DNA of 64,000 nt, taken from the NCBI GenBank assembly GCA_036229005.1, contig JAZAMN010000006.1, positions 1-64,000 of the forward strand. The letters run 5' to 3'. The DNA is from Myxococcota bacterium. Its GTDB lineage: Bacteria > Myxococcota_A > UBA796 > CAJQPC01. The translations under genes were made by a program, and so were the position numbers. Positions 47,105-56,398 of this stretch are shown here, in pieces. Below the pieces are notes generated by a model that saw only the letters and a list, made by a program, of their open reading frames with translations, had not been told where the DNA came from and made no database searches. The stretch's first letter is position 1, and each line of letters opens with the position of its first letter.

Positions 47105-48340
47105 ATGACGGACACCGGCCGCGCGATGCGCCTGCTCCATGAAGCCTTCCGCAAGGAGGCCGCGGGGCAGGTCCACCAGGCGCTGGAGCACGCCCTGAGC
47201 GCTCTGGAGGGCTTCTCGGAGGCCAAGGATCGCACAGGGGCGGCGGCAGCGCACCACCTGGCCGGCGTGCTGCATGCCCGCCTGGATCACCTGGACGAGG
47301 CCCGGGATCACCTGGAGATGGCGGTCCCCCTGCGGCTCTCCACGGGGGACACCGAGGGCCTGGCGGCGCTCCACCAGCAGCGCTTCGAGCTGGCCCTGGG
47401 CGTGGGGGACAAGGCGCTCGCGCAGCAGGCCGCCACGGAGCTCGTGGACCTGATGCGGGACACCCAGGACCAGGCGGGGGAGAGCCGCGCGCTGCATCAG
47501 TTGGCGCAGCTCTGCATGAACCGGGGGGAGTCCGAGCAGGCGGCGGCGCTGATCACCCGCGGCCTGGAGCTGGCCGAGTCCGGTCAGGCGCGGGCGGCCT
47601 TCATGGCGCTCCAGGCCCAGCTCGATCCCAGCGATGGCCTGGCCCAGGCGGAGAACGCGCTGAACGTGGCGCGCTCGGCGGGCTCCAAGGCGGCCGTGGT
47701 CGGGGCGCTGCGCACCCTGGCGGACATCGAGGCGGGCGCTGGCAGGCTGGAGGACGCGCACGGCCACCTGGAGGAGGCGCTGGACGCCCTGGAGCTGCTG
47801 CGGGATGAACCCCAGAAGGCCCAGGTTCTCCAGCAGCTCGCCGCCCTGGAGGTGAGCCGGGGGGACAAGGTCGGCGCGCTGGACCGCATGCGCTACGCGG
47901 CGCGGATCCTGGGGGAGCTGGCGGATCTCTCGGGCCAGCTTGAAGCCCTGCACGCGGCCGGCGAGCTGGCGATGGAGCTGGGGCGTGTCCCGCAGGCCCT
48001 GACCCTGGCGGCGCAGCAGGTGGAGCTGTGTGGGCGCCTGGGTGACCCCGCGATGCTGGGCGCGGCGCGCTTTGTGCAGGGGCAGCGCCTGGTGGTTGCC
48101 GCGGATCTGGAGGCCGCCGCGCGCGCATTCTCAGCGTCGGCGGAGCAGCAGGCGCGGGCGGGTCTGACCGAGGCGGAGGGCATCGCGCTGGGCATGCAGG
48201 GGCAGGTCCTGGCGGCGCTGGGGCACCTGGAGGGGGCCAAGGAGGTCCTCGCACGGGGGGCTCAACTCCTGGAGAGCTCCGGGTCGGCCTCTCTGGCCGA
48301 CCTGAGGGCCCTGCAGGCCGAAGTGGAGGGCCTCAAGTGA
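47105..48340 (+). CDS. TPR-repeat protein
   Basis: AGGAG RBS 6 nt before ATG 47105; repeated roughly 40-aa helical ALHQLA-type units. Confidence 0.75.
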   Translation: MTDTGRAMRLLHEAFRKEAAGQVHQALEHALSALEGFSEAKDRTGAAAAHHLAGVLHARLDHLDEARDHLEMAVPLRLSTGDTEGLAALHQQRFELALGVGDKALAQQAATELVDLMRDTQDQAGESRALHQLAQLCMNRGESEQAAALITRGLELAESGQARAAFMALQAQLDPSDGLAQAENALNVARSAGSKAAVVGALRTLADIEAGAGRLEDAHGHLEEALDALELLRDEPQKAQVLQQLAALEVSRGDKVGALDRMRYAARILGELADLSGQLEALHAAGELAMELGRVPQALTLAAQQVELCGRLGDPAMLGAARFVQGQRLVVAADLEAAARAFSASAEQQARAGLTEAEGIALGMQGQVLAALGHLEGAKEVLARGAQLLESSGSASLADLRALQAEVEGLK

Positions 48341-49044
48341 GCTACGCACCCCTACATCGCTCCCCCGAACAGACCCGCGTGCTGGAGGCTGTGCTGGCGA
48401 CGGCCGCGCCCGGAAAGGTCATCGTCCTGGATCTGGACGGCTGCCTCTTTGACGCCCGCAACCGGCAGGTCCACATCCTGCGGGAGTACGGCGCGCGCTT
48501 TGACGTGCCGGCGCTCTACAGGGTCCAGGAGCAGCACTTCACGAGCTGGCTGCTGCCCGAGACCTTCGAGGCCGCCGGCATCGACCCCGGGCTGGCCGAG
48601 CCCCTCCAGGACTTCTGGTTCGAGCGCTTCTTCTCCGGGGAGTACTGCGTCTTCGATCACGCGATGCCCGGCGCGGTGGCCTTCGTACGCAAGCTCCACA
48701 ACACCGGGGCCGAGGTGGTCTACCTCACCGGTCGACACCGGGAGATGCACGAGGGCACCGAGGCGGCCTTGCGGCGCGCGGGCTTCCCCTACGACCTGCC
48801 GCGCACACGCCTCATCACCAAGCCGCAGATCGAGATCCCCGACGCGGAGTTCAAGGGGCGCGCTCTGGAGACCATCGCCCAGCTCGGGCACGTGGTCGCG
48901 TTCATGGACAACGAGCCCACCAACGTGAACCTCTTCCACGCCATGCACCCGGAGGCGCTGGTGGTGTGGCTGGACACGGATCACAGCCCCCGGCCGGTGC
49001 GTCCGGTGGCATCGCTGCCGCGCATAAAAGGCTTCCTGATGTAA
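48337..49044 (+). CDS. HAD-superfamily hydrolase (acid-phosphatase-like)
   Basis: GTGA overlap; DLDGCLFD, YLTGR, K, MDNE motifs. Confidence 0.85.
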   Translation: MSYAPLHRSPEQTRVLEAVLATAAPGKVIVLDLDGCLFDARNRQVHILREYGARFDVPALYRVQEQHFTSWLLPETFEAAGIDPGLAEPLQDFWFERFFSGEYCVFDHAMPGAVAFVRKLHNTGAEVVYLTGRHREMHEGTEAALRRAGFPYDLPRTRLITKPQIEIPDAEFKGRALETIAQLGHVVAFMDNEPTNVNLFHAMHPEALVVWLDTDHSPRPVRPVASLPRIKGFLM

Positions 49045-49126
49045 AGAGGGTCTGTCTGCCGCGAGATGGCGGTGGACAGCCCTCAGGGGGCGGGGCATCT
49101 TCTCCGGACCTACTGCGGAGATATGC

Positions 49127-50752
49127 ATGACAGCGATCGCTCTGTTGGCCCTGGTCGGGTGCGACAAGGATGGCGATGACACCGGCGCCCTGGCCCAGCT
49201 TGCGGTGCACACCAGCCAGTACTCCATCACCCTGGATGACCTGTCGATGGCGGTCCCCGGTGTGGTCGGCGTGCCCAACCTGGATGACGACGACAGCGAC
49301 GGGACCACGGACTGGGTCCACGGCCTGGGGCGCGAGGGCGAGGAGGACTTCACCACCATCCAGCTTGAGATGCCCCACCGCACGACCCTCACGCTCCTCG
49401 ACGGGGCCGACAAGGTCCGCATCTACCACGAGGGCACCCAGATCCTGGGCGGTGAGACAACGAGCGTCGACCTCTCCCGCAACGACTCCCTCGACGACTT
49501 CCAGGTGGAGTTCTCGGACTACCGGGCCACGGCGATGCTGCAGGTGCTGGACTACCAGACCCAGGACGTGATCGAGGTGCAGCTCACGGCCTCGCCGATG
49601 ATCCTGAACCACCACCTGCAGCCCAGCGAGCTGGTGACCATGGTCAACATGAGCATCTGGGGTGGAAACGCCTCGATGCAGCAGGACTACCAGGACAACT
49701 TGGGCGAGATGTTCGACCCGGTCGAGGGCGCGAACTTCGGCTACGACGTCTGGATCCAGGACGAGCTGGAGTTCACCAACACCATCGGCGCCGACGGCCA
49801 CCTGGACGTCGTCATGGACCTGATCCGCGACGGTCAGGGCATCTTGGGCGGCAACATGGGCCTGGCGAGCGTCGCCACCAAGAACTGGGTGGGGCCCGAC
49901 ATGGGGCGCGGGGTCTGGGGAACGGGCCCCGCCACCAGCCAGGACTACGGCGGCAACATCGAGGTCGCGCCCCCCACCAGCGTGGACGGCGTGGACTACC
50001 CCTTCGGCCGAATCTACTACGGCGCCCAGGGCCGCTACGACCCCGCCGAGGAGGTCAAGGAGCACTTCGCCAACCAGGCCATCCAGGCGCCCTTCGAGCT
50101 GGACTCGAGCTGGCTCTGCGTCGGTCACGTGGACGAGTGGTTCACCACCATCCCGGTCGAAGGCTCCCGCCTGGGCTGGAAGCTGGTCTACAGCGACATG
50201 GAGGCCGCCCGGGAGGTGCTCGAGGCGGCCGACGCCAGCACCACCATCACGCGCTTTGCGCAGGACAAGGAGTGGGCCACCATCGGGGAGCTGGTCGAGG
50301 ATCAGGCCATGTGGACCCAGAACGAGAACCTCACCAACAACGTCCTGGAGCCGCAGCTTGACATCCTCAAGGCCGAGCTCGGCCTGACCGAGGACGACAT
50401 CATCCGCATCCCCGGGCTCTTCGAGACGGCGGCCCAGTGCGGTGGGGGCGTCGCGGCCCTGTTCCCGGGCATGGCGAACCTGATCGTCGCTACCGATCAG
50501 GACGGCGTGACCACCCTGTTCGTGCCCGATCCCATGATGCGGACCAACGTGAGCGATGAGTCCAGCGACCCCATCATCGCGGCCTTCTCGGCGCTGATGC
50601 CCCCGGAGCTGAACCTGGTGTTCGTGGACGACTGGGACGTCTACCACCTGGGCCTCGGCGAGGTTCACTGCGGCTCCAACGTGATCCGCACCCCCTACGA
50701 AGACGCGACCTGGTGGGCCGACGGCTGGCACCTGATGCAGGAGAGCAACTGA
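49127..50752 (+). CDS. protein-arginine deiminase (PAD/PADI family) lipoprotein
   Basis: WIQDE, GGNIEVAPP, YPFGRI, SWLCVGHVDE, IPGLF, FPGMAN, GEVHCGSNVIRTP; MTAIALLALVGC lipobox. Confidence 0.9.
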   Translation: MTAIALLALVGCDKDGDDTGALAQLAVHTSQYSITLDDLSMAVPGVVGVPNLDDDDSDGTTDWVHGLGREGEEDFTTIQLEMPHRTTLTLLDGADKVRIYHEGTQILGGETTSVDLSRNDSLDDFQVEFSDYRATAMLQVLDYQTQDVIEVQLTASPMILNHHLQPSELVTMVNMSIWGGNASMQQDYQDNLGEMFDPVEGANFGYDVWIQDELEFTNTIGADGHLDVVMDLIRDGQGILGGNMGLASVATKNWVGPDMGRGVWGTGPATSQDYGGNIEVAPPTSVDGVDYPFGRIYYGAQGRYDPAEEVKEHFANQAIQAPFELDSSWLCVGHVDEWFTTIPVEGSRLGWKLVYSDMEAAREVLEAADASTTITRFAQDKEWATIGELVEDQAMWTQNENLTNNVLEPQLDILKAELGLTEDDIIRIPGLFETAAQCGGGVAALFPGMANLIVATDQDGVTTLFVPDPMMRTNVSDESSDPIIAAFSALMPPELNLVFVDDWDVYHLGLGEVHCGSNVIRTPYEDATWWADGWHLMQESN

Positions 50753-51480
50753 TGCTGATTTCCATCCTGAGCACCCTCGCGCTGGCCGGCGACTGGTCCG
50801 CCGAGCTCTCCCAAGACGCCGCCGCCCTGGACCAGGCCGCCCTGGCCGAGTTCATGGCCGCGGAGCCCCTGCAGAACCGCGCGGGCATGCCCTACTTCCC
50901 CATGGCCTACAGGCCCGAGCGGGCCACCTACCTGGCCTGGCGCCTCACTCACGGCGATGATCCCGGCGAGATCCGGGCTGCGCTGGCCTCCCAGCTCTCT
51001 CCCGCCGGTCGCGACAACCCGGAGCTGATCCTGGGTCTGATCGCGCAGGAGGAGGATGCGCTGGTGCGTGCTGCGCTGCTCTCGGGGCTCACCCGCGTCG
51101 ACCCGGAGCTGGCCCTCCCCATCTTGGAGCGCTCACTCGCAAGCGAGGACACCACGGAGCGCTTCGAGGCCGCCACGGTCCTGGCCAAGCACGCCGACGG
51201 TGCGCTGGCGCTCGCCGCCCTGGAGACCGCGCTGACGGACGCCGCCCCCCGTGTCCGCAAGGCCGCTGCATTCGCCCTGGGCGTGCATCGGGTGGGTGAC
51301 CCCGCCGCGCTCCGTCCGCTGCTCAGCGACGACAGCTCGGACGTGCGCCTGGCCGCCCTGGACGCCCTGGAGCGCATCGATCCCGCGCTGTGGGCCCAGT
51401 GGTCTGCAGAGCTGGGGCTGGCTGGGGATCCCGATCTCCGGGTCGCTCGCGCTGCCTCCCGGGCGCTGGTCCAGCAGTAG
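50752..51480 (+). CDS. secreted HEAT-repeat protein
   Basis: TGATG coupling to the PAD gene; signal peptide ALA-G; DAAPRVRKAAAFALG and DDSSDVRLAALDAL repeats. Confidence 0.82.
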   Translation: MLISILSTLALAGDWSAELSQDAAALDQAALAEFMAAEPLQNRAGMPYFPMAYRPERATYLAWRLTHGDDPGEIRAALASQLSPAGRDNPELILGLIAQEEDALVRAALLSGLTRVDPELALPILERSLASEDTTERFEAATVLAKHADGALALAALETALTDAAPRVRKAAAFALGVHRVGDPAALRPLLSDDSSDVRLAALDALERIDPALWAQWSAELGLAGDPDLRVARAASRALVQQ

Positions 51481-51546
51481 GCGCTTGGGGGCTCGGGCTT
51501 CGGCCTGGGCTCCCTGCTTGGCTCCGGGAGCTTGGCTCCAGAACGA

Positions 51547-51576
51547 GAAAAGCCCGGGCATCTGCCCGGGCTCTTT
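51547..51576. terminator. bidirectional intrinsic terminator
   Basis: AAAAGCCCGGGCA-TC-TGCCCGGGCTCTTT between the convergent HEAT gene and rpmB. Confidence 0.8.
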
Positions 51577-51600
51577 GTCTCTCAGGGGGAGAGAGCGCGC

Positions 51601-51837
51601 TCAGTACTTGGACAGGTCCAGACCGGCTTCCTTCGCGAAGGTGCTCAGGCCCTTGAGGCGCAGGGTGCGCATGGCGCGGGTGGAGAGGCGCAGGGTGACG
51701 AAGCGCTCCTCCTCGGGGTACCAGATGCGCTTCTTCTGCAGGTTGGGGAGCTGGCGCTTCTTGGTCTTGATGTTGGAGTGGGAGACCTTGTTGGCGACGT
51801 TCGGGCGCTTGCCGGTCAGGACGCAACGGCGGGCCAT
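51601..51837 (-). CDS. rpmB: 50S ribosomal protein L28
   Basis: [10 protein letters not shown]...[19 protein letters not shown]. Confidence 0.97.
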   Translation of the reverse strand: MARRCVLTGKRPNVANKVSHSNIKTKKRQLPNLQKKRIWYPEEERFVTLRLSTRAMRTLRLKGLSTFAKEAGLDLSKY

Positions 51838-52030
51838 GGGAGCCTCCTTGAGGCGTATAGATGGAGGGAAGATGTGGAGGGGCCGACCCTGGCGACAGGG
51901 AGCCTCCGTGGAACCCCAGCGGATTAGCACGCTGCCAGGGTGGCCGCAAGCTCGCCGGGTACCGGGATGACCTCCATAGCGTGTCGGGTCTCAGGGCGCT
52001 AGGACTGTGCAGGGTATACAAGGTGTTCCG

Positions 52031-52741
52031 TTGAGACCGGGTCTGGCCGCACTGCTGTTCGTCGTGGGTGTCCTCTTGGTCGCCGCAGGGGCCATGGCGC
52101 CCTCCGTTCAGCTCGTCTCCGACGCCTACGCGCTGGGAATCCCCGAAGGGCTGATGGGCCAGCGCATCGTCCAGGGCGTGGGCTTCGGGGGCGGCGGTCT
52201 GGCCCTGCTGATCGCCATCATCGGCTTCTTGCCGTCCATCTACGACCCCGGCGCCGACCTGGAGCCCTATGTCCGGGTCATGCAGCCTCTGGCTCGGGAG
52301 CACGGCCGGGATGTCGAGGTCGACCCCAAGCACGGTCTGGGCTTCGTCAGCGTGACCGAGGGCCCCCGCATCGAGGTGATGGTGCAGCCCCGAGGCGCCG
52401 GCATGGCCAGCATCTGGGTGGACAGCCCGGGCCGACTGCGCCTGCTGTTCATCCCCCTGCGCGACGACACAGCCGCCGATGACCCGGAGTGGAGGCGGGT
52501 AGGGGCCCGAGAGGGTTGGGTCCTGCGCGCCGAGCTCCCCTCGGCGGCTCGGGCGTTCACCGAAGAGCCCGCGCTGGCGGCCGAGCTCGCCTTCCTGATG
52601 TCCATCCCCGAGGTGCGGGCAGTCCGCCACGACCACAGCGGCATGGAGATCATCGCCGATCTGCCGCCGCCCCAGGATATGCGCCGCTTTGTGCACAGCG
52701 CGCTGAACGTGAGCCGGCGGCTGCGCAGGCTCAACGGATGA
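52031..52741 (+). CDS. membrane-anchored hypothetical protein
   Basis: Two N-terminal hydrophobic segments; start uncertain (TTG 52031 or GTG 52007). Confidence 0.6.
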   Translation: MRPGLAALLFVVGVLLVAAGAMAPSVQLVSDAYALGIPEGLMGQRIVQGVGFGGGGLALLIAIIGFLPSIYDPGADLEPYVRVMQPLAREHGRDVEVDPKHGLGFVSVTEGPRIEVMVQPRGAGMASIWVDSPGRLRLLFIPLRDDTAADDPEWRRVGAREGWVLRAELPSAARAFTEEPALAAELAFLMSIPEVRAVRHDHSGMEIIADLPPPQDMRRFVHSALNVSRRLRRLNG

Positions 52742-53629
52742 AGCGCAGCCTCCACCGCGTGGAGCTGGGCGGCCTGGACGTCCATATCCCGGTGGTGGAC
52801 ACGCACCCGGGACAGTCGCCGCGCCTGGCCATCGTGGCGGGCCTCCACGGCGACGAGCACGCGCCCTTCTGGGTGGCGCAGCGCCTGCTGGAGGGGACCT
52901 TGGCGGTGCCCACGAGGCTGGTCCTGGGCGCAAACCTGCCGGCGCTCTGGGCGGGGCAGCGCCTGGGGCCCATGGACCGCGTGGACCAGAACCGGATCGC
53001 GCACCTCAACGGTACAGGGCTCCCGACCGTGCGCCTCGCGGAGGTCGTGGCCGCGCTGGTCGATCCCGCCGAGCTGTCGGTCCACCTGCACAACTTCGAG
53101 CTGGAGGCGCCCCTGGTGGCCATCGAGCCTCCAGGGCTGTCCGCGGAGCGTCAGCGCCGCCACGACGGCTACCTCCGGGCGCTTCAGCCGGCGGTGGTCT
53201 GGCAGGTCGGCGGCAGCGCTCCGGACCGCTTCGCCTGGGAGACCAGCTTCGATCGCCTCTGCGAGGCCCGCGGGGTGGACGTGCTCGCGGTGGAGATGGG
53301 GCCGCTGAGCGGGGACTTGCAGGGCGCGCGGGCGGCGGTTCGAGGCCTGCGCGCCCTCGCTGCCAGCCTGGCGGGGCAGGGGCCCGGGCAGTCGACTCCG
53401 CTGCTGCGGGGGCCGCGGCACCTGCTCAGGAGTCCGGACTGGGGCCTCTTCGAGCCTGATGCTCCGGTCGGTGCCCGTCTACAGGCGGGTGACCCCGGGG
53501 ACACTGTGTCCCCCCGGGGGCGGTGAGGTGCACCCCGTAGTGGCGACGGTGGGCGGCCTGTTGATGCAGCGCTCAGGTCCTGCTCTCCTCTCTCCGGGGC
53601 AGATCCTGGGCGCGCTCGTAGCGTTCTGA
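52738..53629 (+). pseudogene. succinylglutamate desuccinylase/aspartoacylase (AstE/AspA, M14-like), frameshifted near 53497
   Basis: GLHGDE, DQNR, VHLH, VEMG; the first frame stops at 53526 and a plausible C-terminal domain continues in another frame to TGA 53627-53629. Confidence 0.7.
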
Positions 53630-53638
53630 GCGGGCGGC

Positions 53639-53824
53639 TCAGATGTTGAAGTCGATGATGACCACGCCGCGCTCTTGCGGCTTCTCTTCTTTTCCGTCCG
53701 GGCGGCGGTCGCGGGGATCCGGCTCCCGGTTCGGGCGAGGAGCCTCGATCCGGGGGCGCATGTCCGTGTTTCGGGCCCGCTCACGTTCACGCTGGATGCG
53801 GTCGATGATGTAGGCGTCGAGCAT
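53639..53824 (-). CDS. small protein (61 aa)
   Basis: AGGAG RBS; MLDAYIIDRIQRERER...ERGVVIIDFNI; strong codon bias. Confidence 0.75.
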   Translation of the reverse strand: MLDAYIIDRIQRERERARNTDMRPRIEAPRPNREPDPRDRRPDGKEEKPQERGVVIIDFNI

Positions 53825-53944
53825 TGGGGCGCTCCTGACGTCGGTGAGAAGACTATAGCACCGGGTCTTCATGGGGCAATTCCTGAGGCGGGGCCGGAGG
53901 ACAGTGAAGCTCACTGTTCCCAACGGATCCTGAGCGTCAGGTAT

Positions 53945-54676
53945 TCACCGAGTCTTGGAGGGAAAGTCCTTTGCGAGGACGCGGGCCTGCACCGCCAGGG
54001 CCTCGTAGAGCTCCGAGAGCTCGGGCCTGTGTTCGCGGATCGCGGCTTGGTGCTGGGCAATCACGGGCTCGTCCCCCCGCGCGAAGGGGCCCGTCAGCGC
54101 CTGGGCTGGGGAGCTCAGAGCCGCCTGTTTGAGGCTCGCCATGGCCAGCGGAGCGAGCAGCGCAGGGGCCTGTCCGGGGTCGACGCCGGCCTCCGCCATG
54201 AGCTGGGATGCGGCCTGGAGCAGCACCGTCGCGAAGTTGCCCGCCATCACGGCGGATGCGTGGTAGAGCCGGCGGTCTCCGGGGACATGAAAGGGGGAGA
54301 AGCCCAGGTCCAGCGCGAGCTGGCGTGACGCGTCAAGAGCGGCGGGGGTTCCGGCGATCGCGGCGGGCACATCCTGGATGGGCGGAATGGCCACCTCGGG
54401 GCCCGGGAAGCTCTGCAGGGGGTGGAGGGAGCCGTGCTCGGTGTGCTGCGCGACGGGGCCCAACCCCTGGGATCCGCTCGCGTGCAACACGATGGGACCC
54501 GCTGGCACCAGCGAGGACACGCTGGCGATGGCCGCATCGCTCACGGTCAGCCAGGCGACATCGCAGGTGGGGTGGGGCTCGCCGCGCCGCCAGATCACGA
54601 CCTGGTGGCCCGCGGCGGGCAGCAGCTCGGCCAGGGTGCGGCCCAATCGGCCGGGGCCGTAGATGGCGATGCGCAT
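53945..54676 (-). CDS. Rossmann-like/DUF2520 oxidoreductase (PanG-like)
   Basis: GPGRLG, HASGS, SLHPLQSF, LYHASAVMAGN, ALTGPFARGD. Confidence 0.88.
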   Translation of the reverse strand: MRIAIYGPGRLGRTLAELLPAAGHQVVIWRRGEPHPTCDVAWLTVSDAAIASVSSLVPAGPIVLHASGSQGLGPVAQHTEHGSLHPLQSFPGPEVAIPPIQDVPAAIAGTPAALDASRQLALDLGFSPFHVPGDRRLYHASAVMAGNFATVLLQAASQLMAEAGVDPGQAPALLAPLAMASLKQAALSSPAQALTGPFARGDEPVIAQHQAAIREHRPELSELYEALAVQARVLAKDFPSKTR

Positions 54677-54735
54677 GTCAGCTCCTGTGCATTGCTATGG
54701 TGACCAGGCTGGAGGGGCACGCCCCGGGAGCGTCC

Positions 54736-55977
54736 ATGCAGCTAGAGCGCATCCTGATCGCCGAGCGAGGCCCCCTGGCGGGCATGCTCCACCGCAGCCT
54801 GCTGGCCAGCGGGTACGAGACCGTCGCCGTGTTCGGGGAGAAGGACCAGCTCGCGCCCCACGTGGAGGAGGCCTCCTACGCCGCATACGTCCCCGGTCTG
54901 GACCGCGAGGGCGACCTGATCGGCGCCTGCCTGGACGCTGGCTGTGACGCGCTGCATCCGGGCGCTGGGCCCTTGGCCGAGAACGAGAAGCTGGCCGCAG
55001 ACTGCAGGGACGCTGGGCTGGCCTTCATCGGGCCGCGCCCGGAGCAGATCGAGGGCCTCTCGAACCGCTGGACCACCCGGGAGCTCTGCGTGGCCTCGGC
55101 GGTGCCGGTGGTGCCGGGCAGCCCGCTGCTGCTGAACCACCAACAGGTCCGCGAGCAGGCCAAGGCGCTGGGGCTCCCGCTCTGGCTCAAGAACCCCTGG
55201 GGCCTGGAGCCCATGCGCTTCACGGAGCTCGAGCCCCTGGTCGAGGAGGCCACCGCGCGCATCCACGCGGGGCAGCGCGTCTGGCTGGAGCGCCACGTCC
55301 CGGACGCCCGCCACGTCACGGTCACCGTGGTGGCCGATCAGTCCGGCGAGGTCGTCCCTCTGGGCGTCCAGGAGCGGAGCAGTCGCCACCAGGGCCGGCT
55401 GTCCATCGAGCAGGCTCCAGCCCCCGTGTCGGCCGCGCTCTCCGCCGCACTGGAGGACGCCGCGGTCGCGGTCGCCAAGGCGGTCCGTTTTGTGGGCGTG
55501 GGGAGCGTGGGTTTCCTGGTCGACCCCAGCGGCGCCGCCCCCTGCATCGGGCTTCGCCCGCGCCTGTCCATGAGCTCTCTGCTCACCGATGTCCGCCACG
55601 GCCTGCGCCTGGCCGAGGTCCAGGTCCGCGTGGTCACTGGCGGCCCCATCGGCTGGACCCGCGAGGAGCTGGCCCCCCAGGAGGTCGCGCTCTCCATCCG
55701 CATCCGCGCCCGCAGCCGCGGCACCCTGGAGGCGCTGGACTTCCCCGCTGACGTACAGGTGGAGACCGCGCTGGCTCCCCAGATGGACGTGGGGGAGGGG
55801 GCCGTGCTCGCCGTGCTGGTCATCCGCCACACGAGCCGCCCAAGCTGCGTGGTGCGCGCCATCGCCGCCCTCAAGGAGGCCCGCGTTGTGGGCGTCGAGA
55901 CCGACATCGCCGAGTGCGTCGAGCTGCTGGGGGACCCCACCTTCTGGAGCGGCGGGGTGGTCGCGGGCGAGAGCTAG
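54736..55977 (+). CDS. biotin carboxylase-like ATP-grasp protein, degenerate
   Basis: RILIAERG, DALHPG...LAEN, FIGP, VPVVPGS and GVETDI follow AccC, but the catalytic motifs are altered. Confidence 0.75.
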   Translation: MQLERILIAERGPLAGMLHRSLLASGYETVAVFGEKDQLAPHVEEASYAAYVPGLDREGDLIGACLDAGCDALHPGAGPLAENEKLAADCRDAGLAFIGPRPEQIEGLSNRWTTRELCVASAVPVVPGSPLLLNHQQVREQAKALGLPLWLKNPWGLEPMRFTELEPLVEEATARIHAGQRVWLERHVPDARHVTVTVVADQSGEVVPLGVQERSSRHQGRLSIEQAPAPVSAALSAALEDAAVAVAKAVRFVGVGSVGFLVDPSGAAPCIGLRPRLSMSSLLTDVRHGLRLAEVQVRVVTGGPIGWTREELAPQEVALSIRIRARSRGTLEALDFPADVQVETALAPQMDVGEGAVLAVLVIRHTSRPSCVVRAIAALKEARVVGVETDIAECVELLGDPTFWSGGVVAGES

Positions 55978-56010
55978 CAATAGGAGGGGCGCCTTTCCCT
56001 GGAGCCCCAA

Positions 56011-56397
56011 ATGGCCGGCAACCGCCCCCAGCGCATCGCTGAGCTCGTGCACGCAGACCTCGCAAAGCTCATCCGCAACGAGGTCAAGGACCCCCGCGTG
56101 GGCATGGTCAGCATCACCCACGTCAAGGTCACAGGAGACCTGCGCATGGCCTTCGTCCACGTCACGCCCCTGGGCGGGCTCGGCGACGGGCAGGAGATGC
56201 TCGAGGGCCTCCAGGCTGCCGCGCCGTACCTCCGCCGCCTGCTCGGGAAGACCCTGCGCCTGCGGCACACCCTGGCCCTCGAGTTCCGCCTGGATGATGG
56301 CGTCGACGAGGCCGTGCGCATGACCGCCATGCTCAACAAGATGGCCGACGCCCGCGCGGACAGCGACAAGGAAGCCAGCAGCGAAGGGGAGGAGTAG
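56011..56397 (+). CDS. rbfA: ribosome-binding factor A
   Basis: RPQRIAE, VKDPRV, VTGDLRMA, LRLRH..LEFRLD. Confidence 0.93.
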   Translation: MAGNRPQRIAELVHADLAKLIRNEVKDPRVGMVSITHVKVTGDLRMAFVHVTPLGGLGDGQEMLEGLQAAAPYLRRLLGKTLRLRHTLALEFRLDDGVDEAVRMTAMLNKMADARADSDKEASSEGEE

Positions 56398-56398
56398 C

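Noticed and set aside
51481..51545. Degenerate GGCTC-like repeats after the HEAT gene
   Set aside because: Irregular period and low complexity; not distinguishable from GC-rich noise
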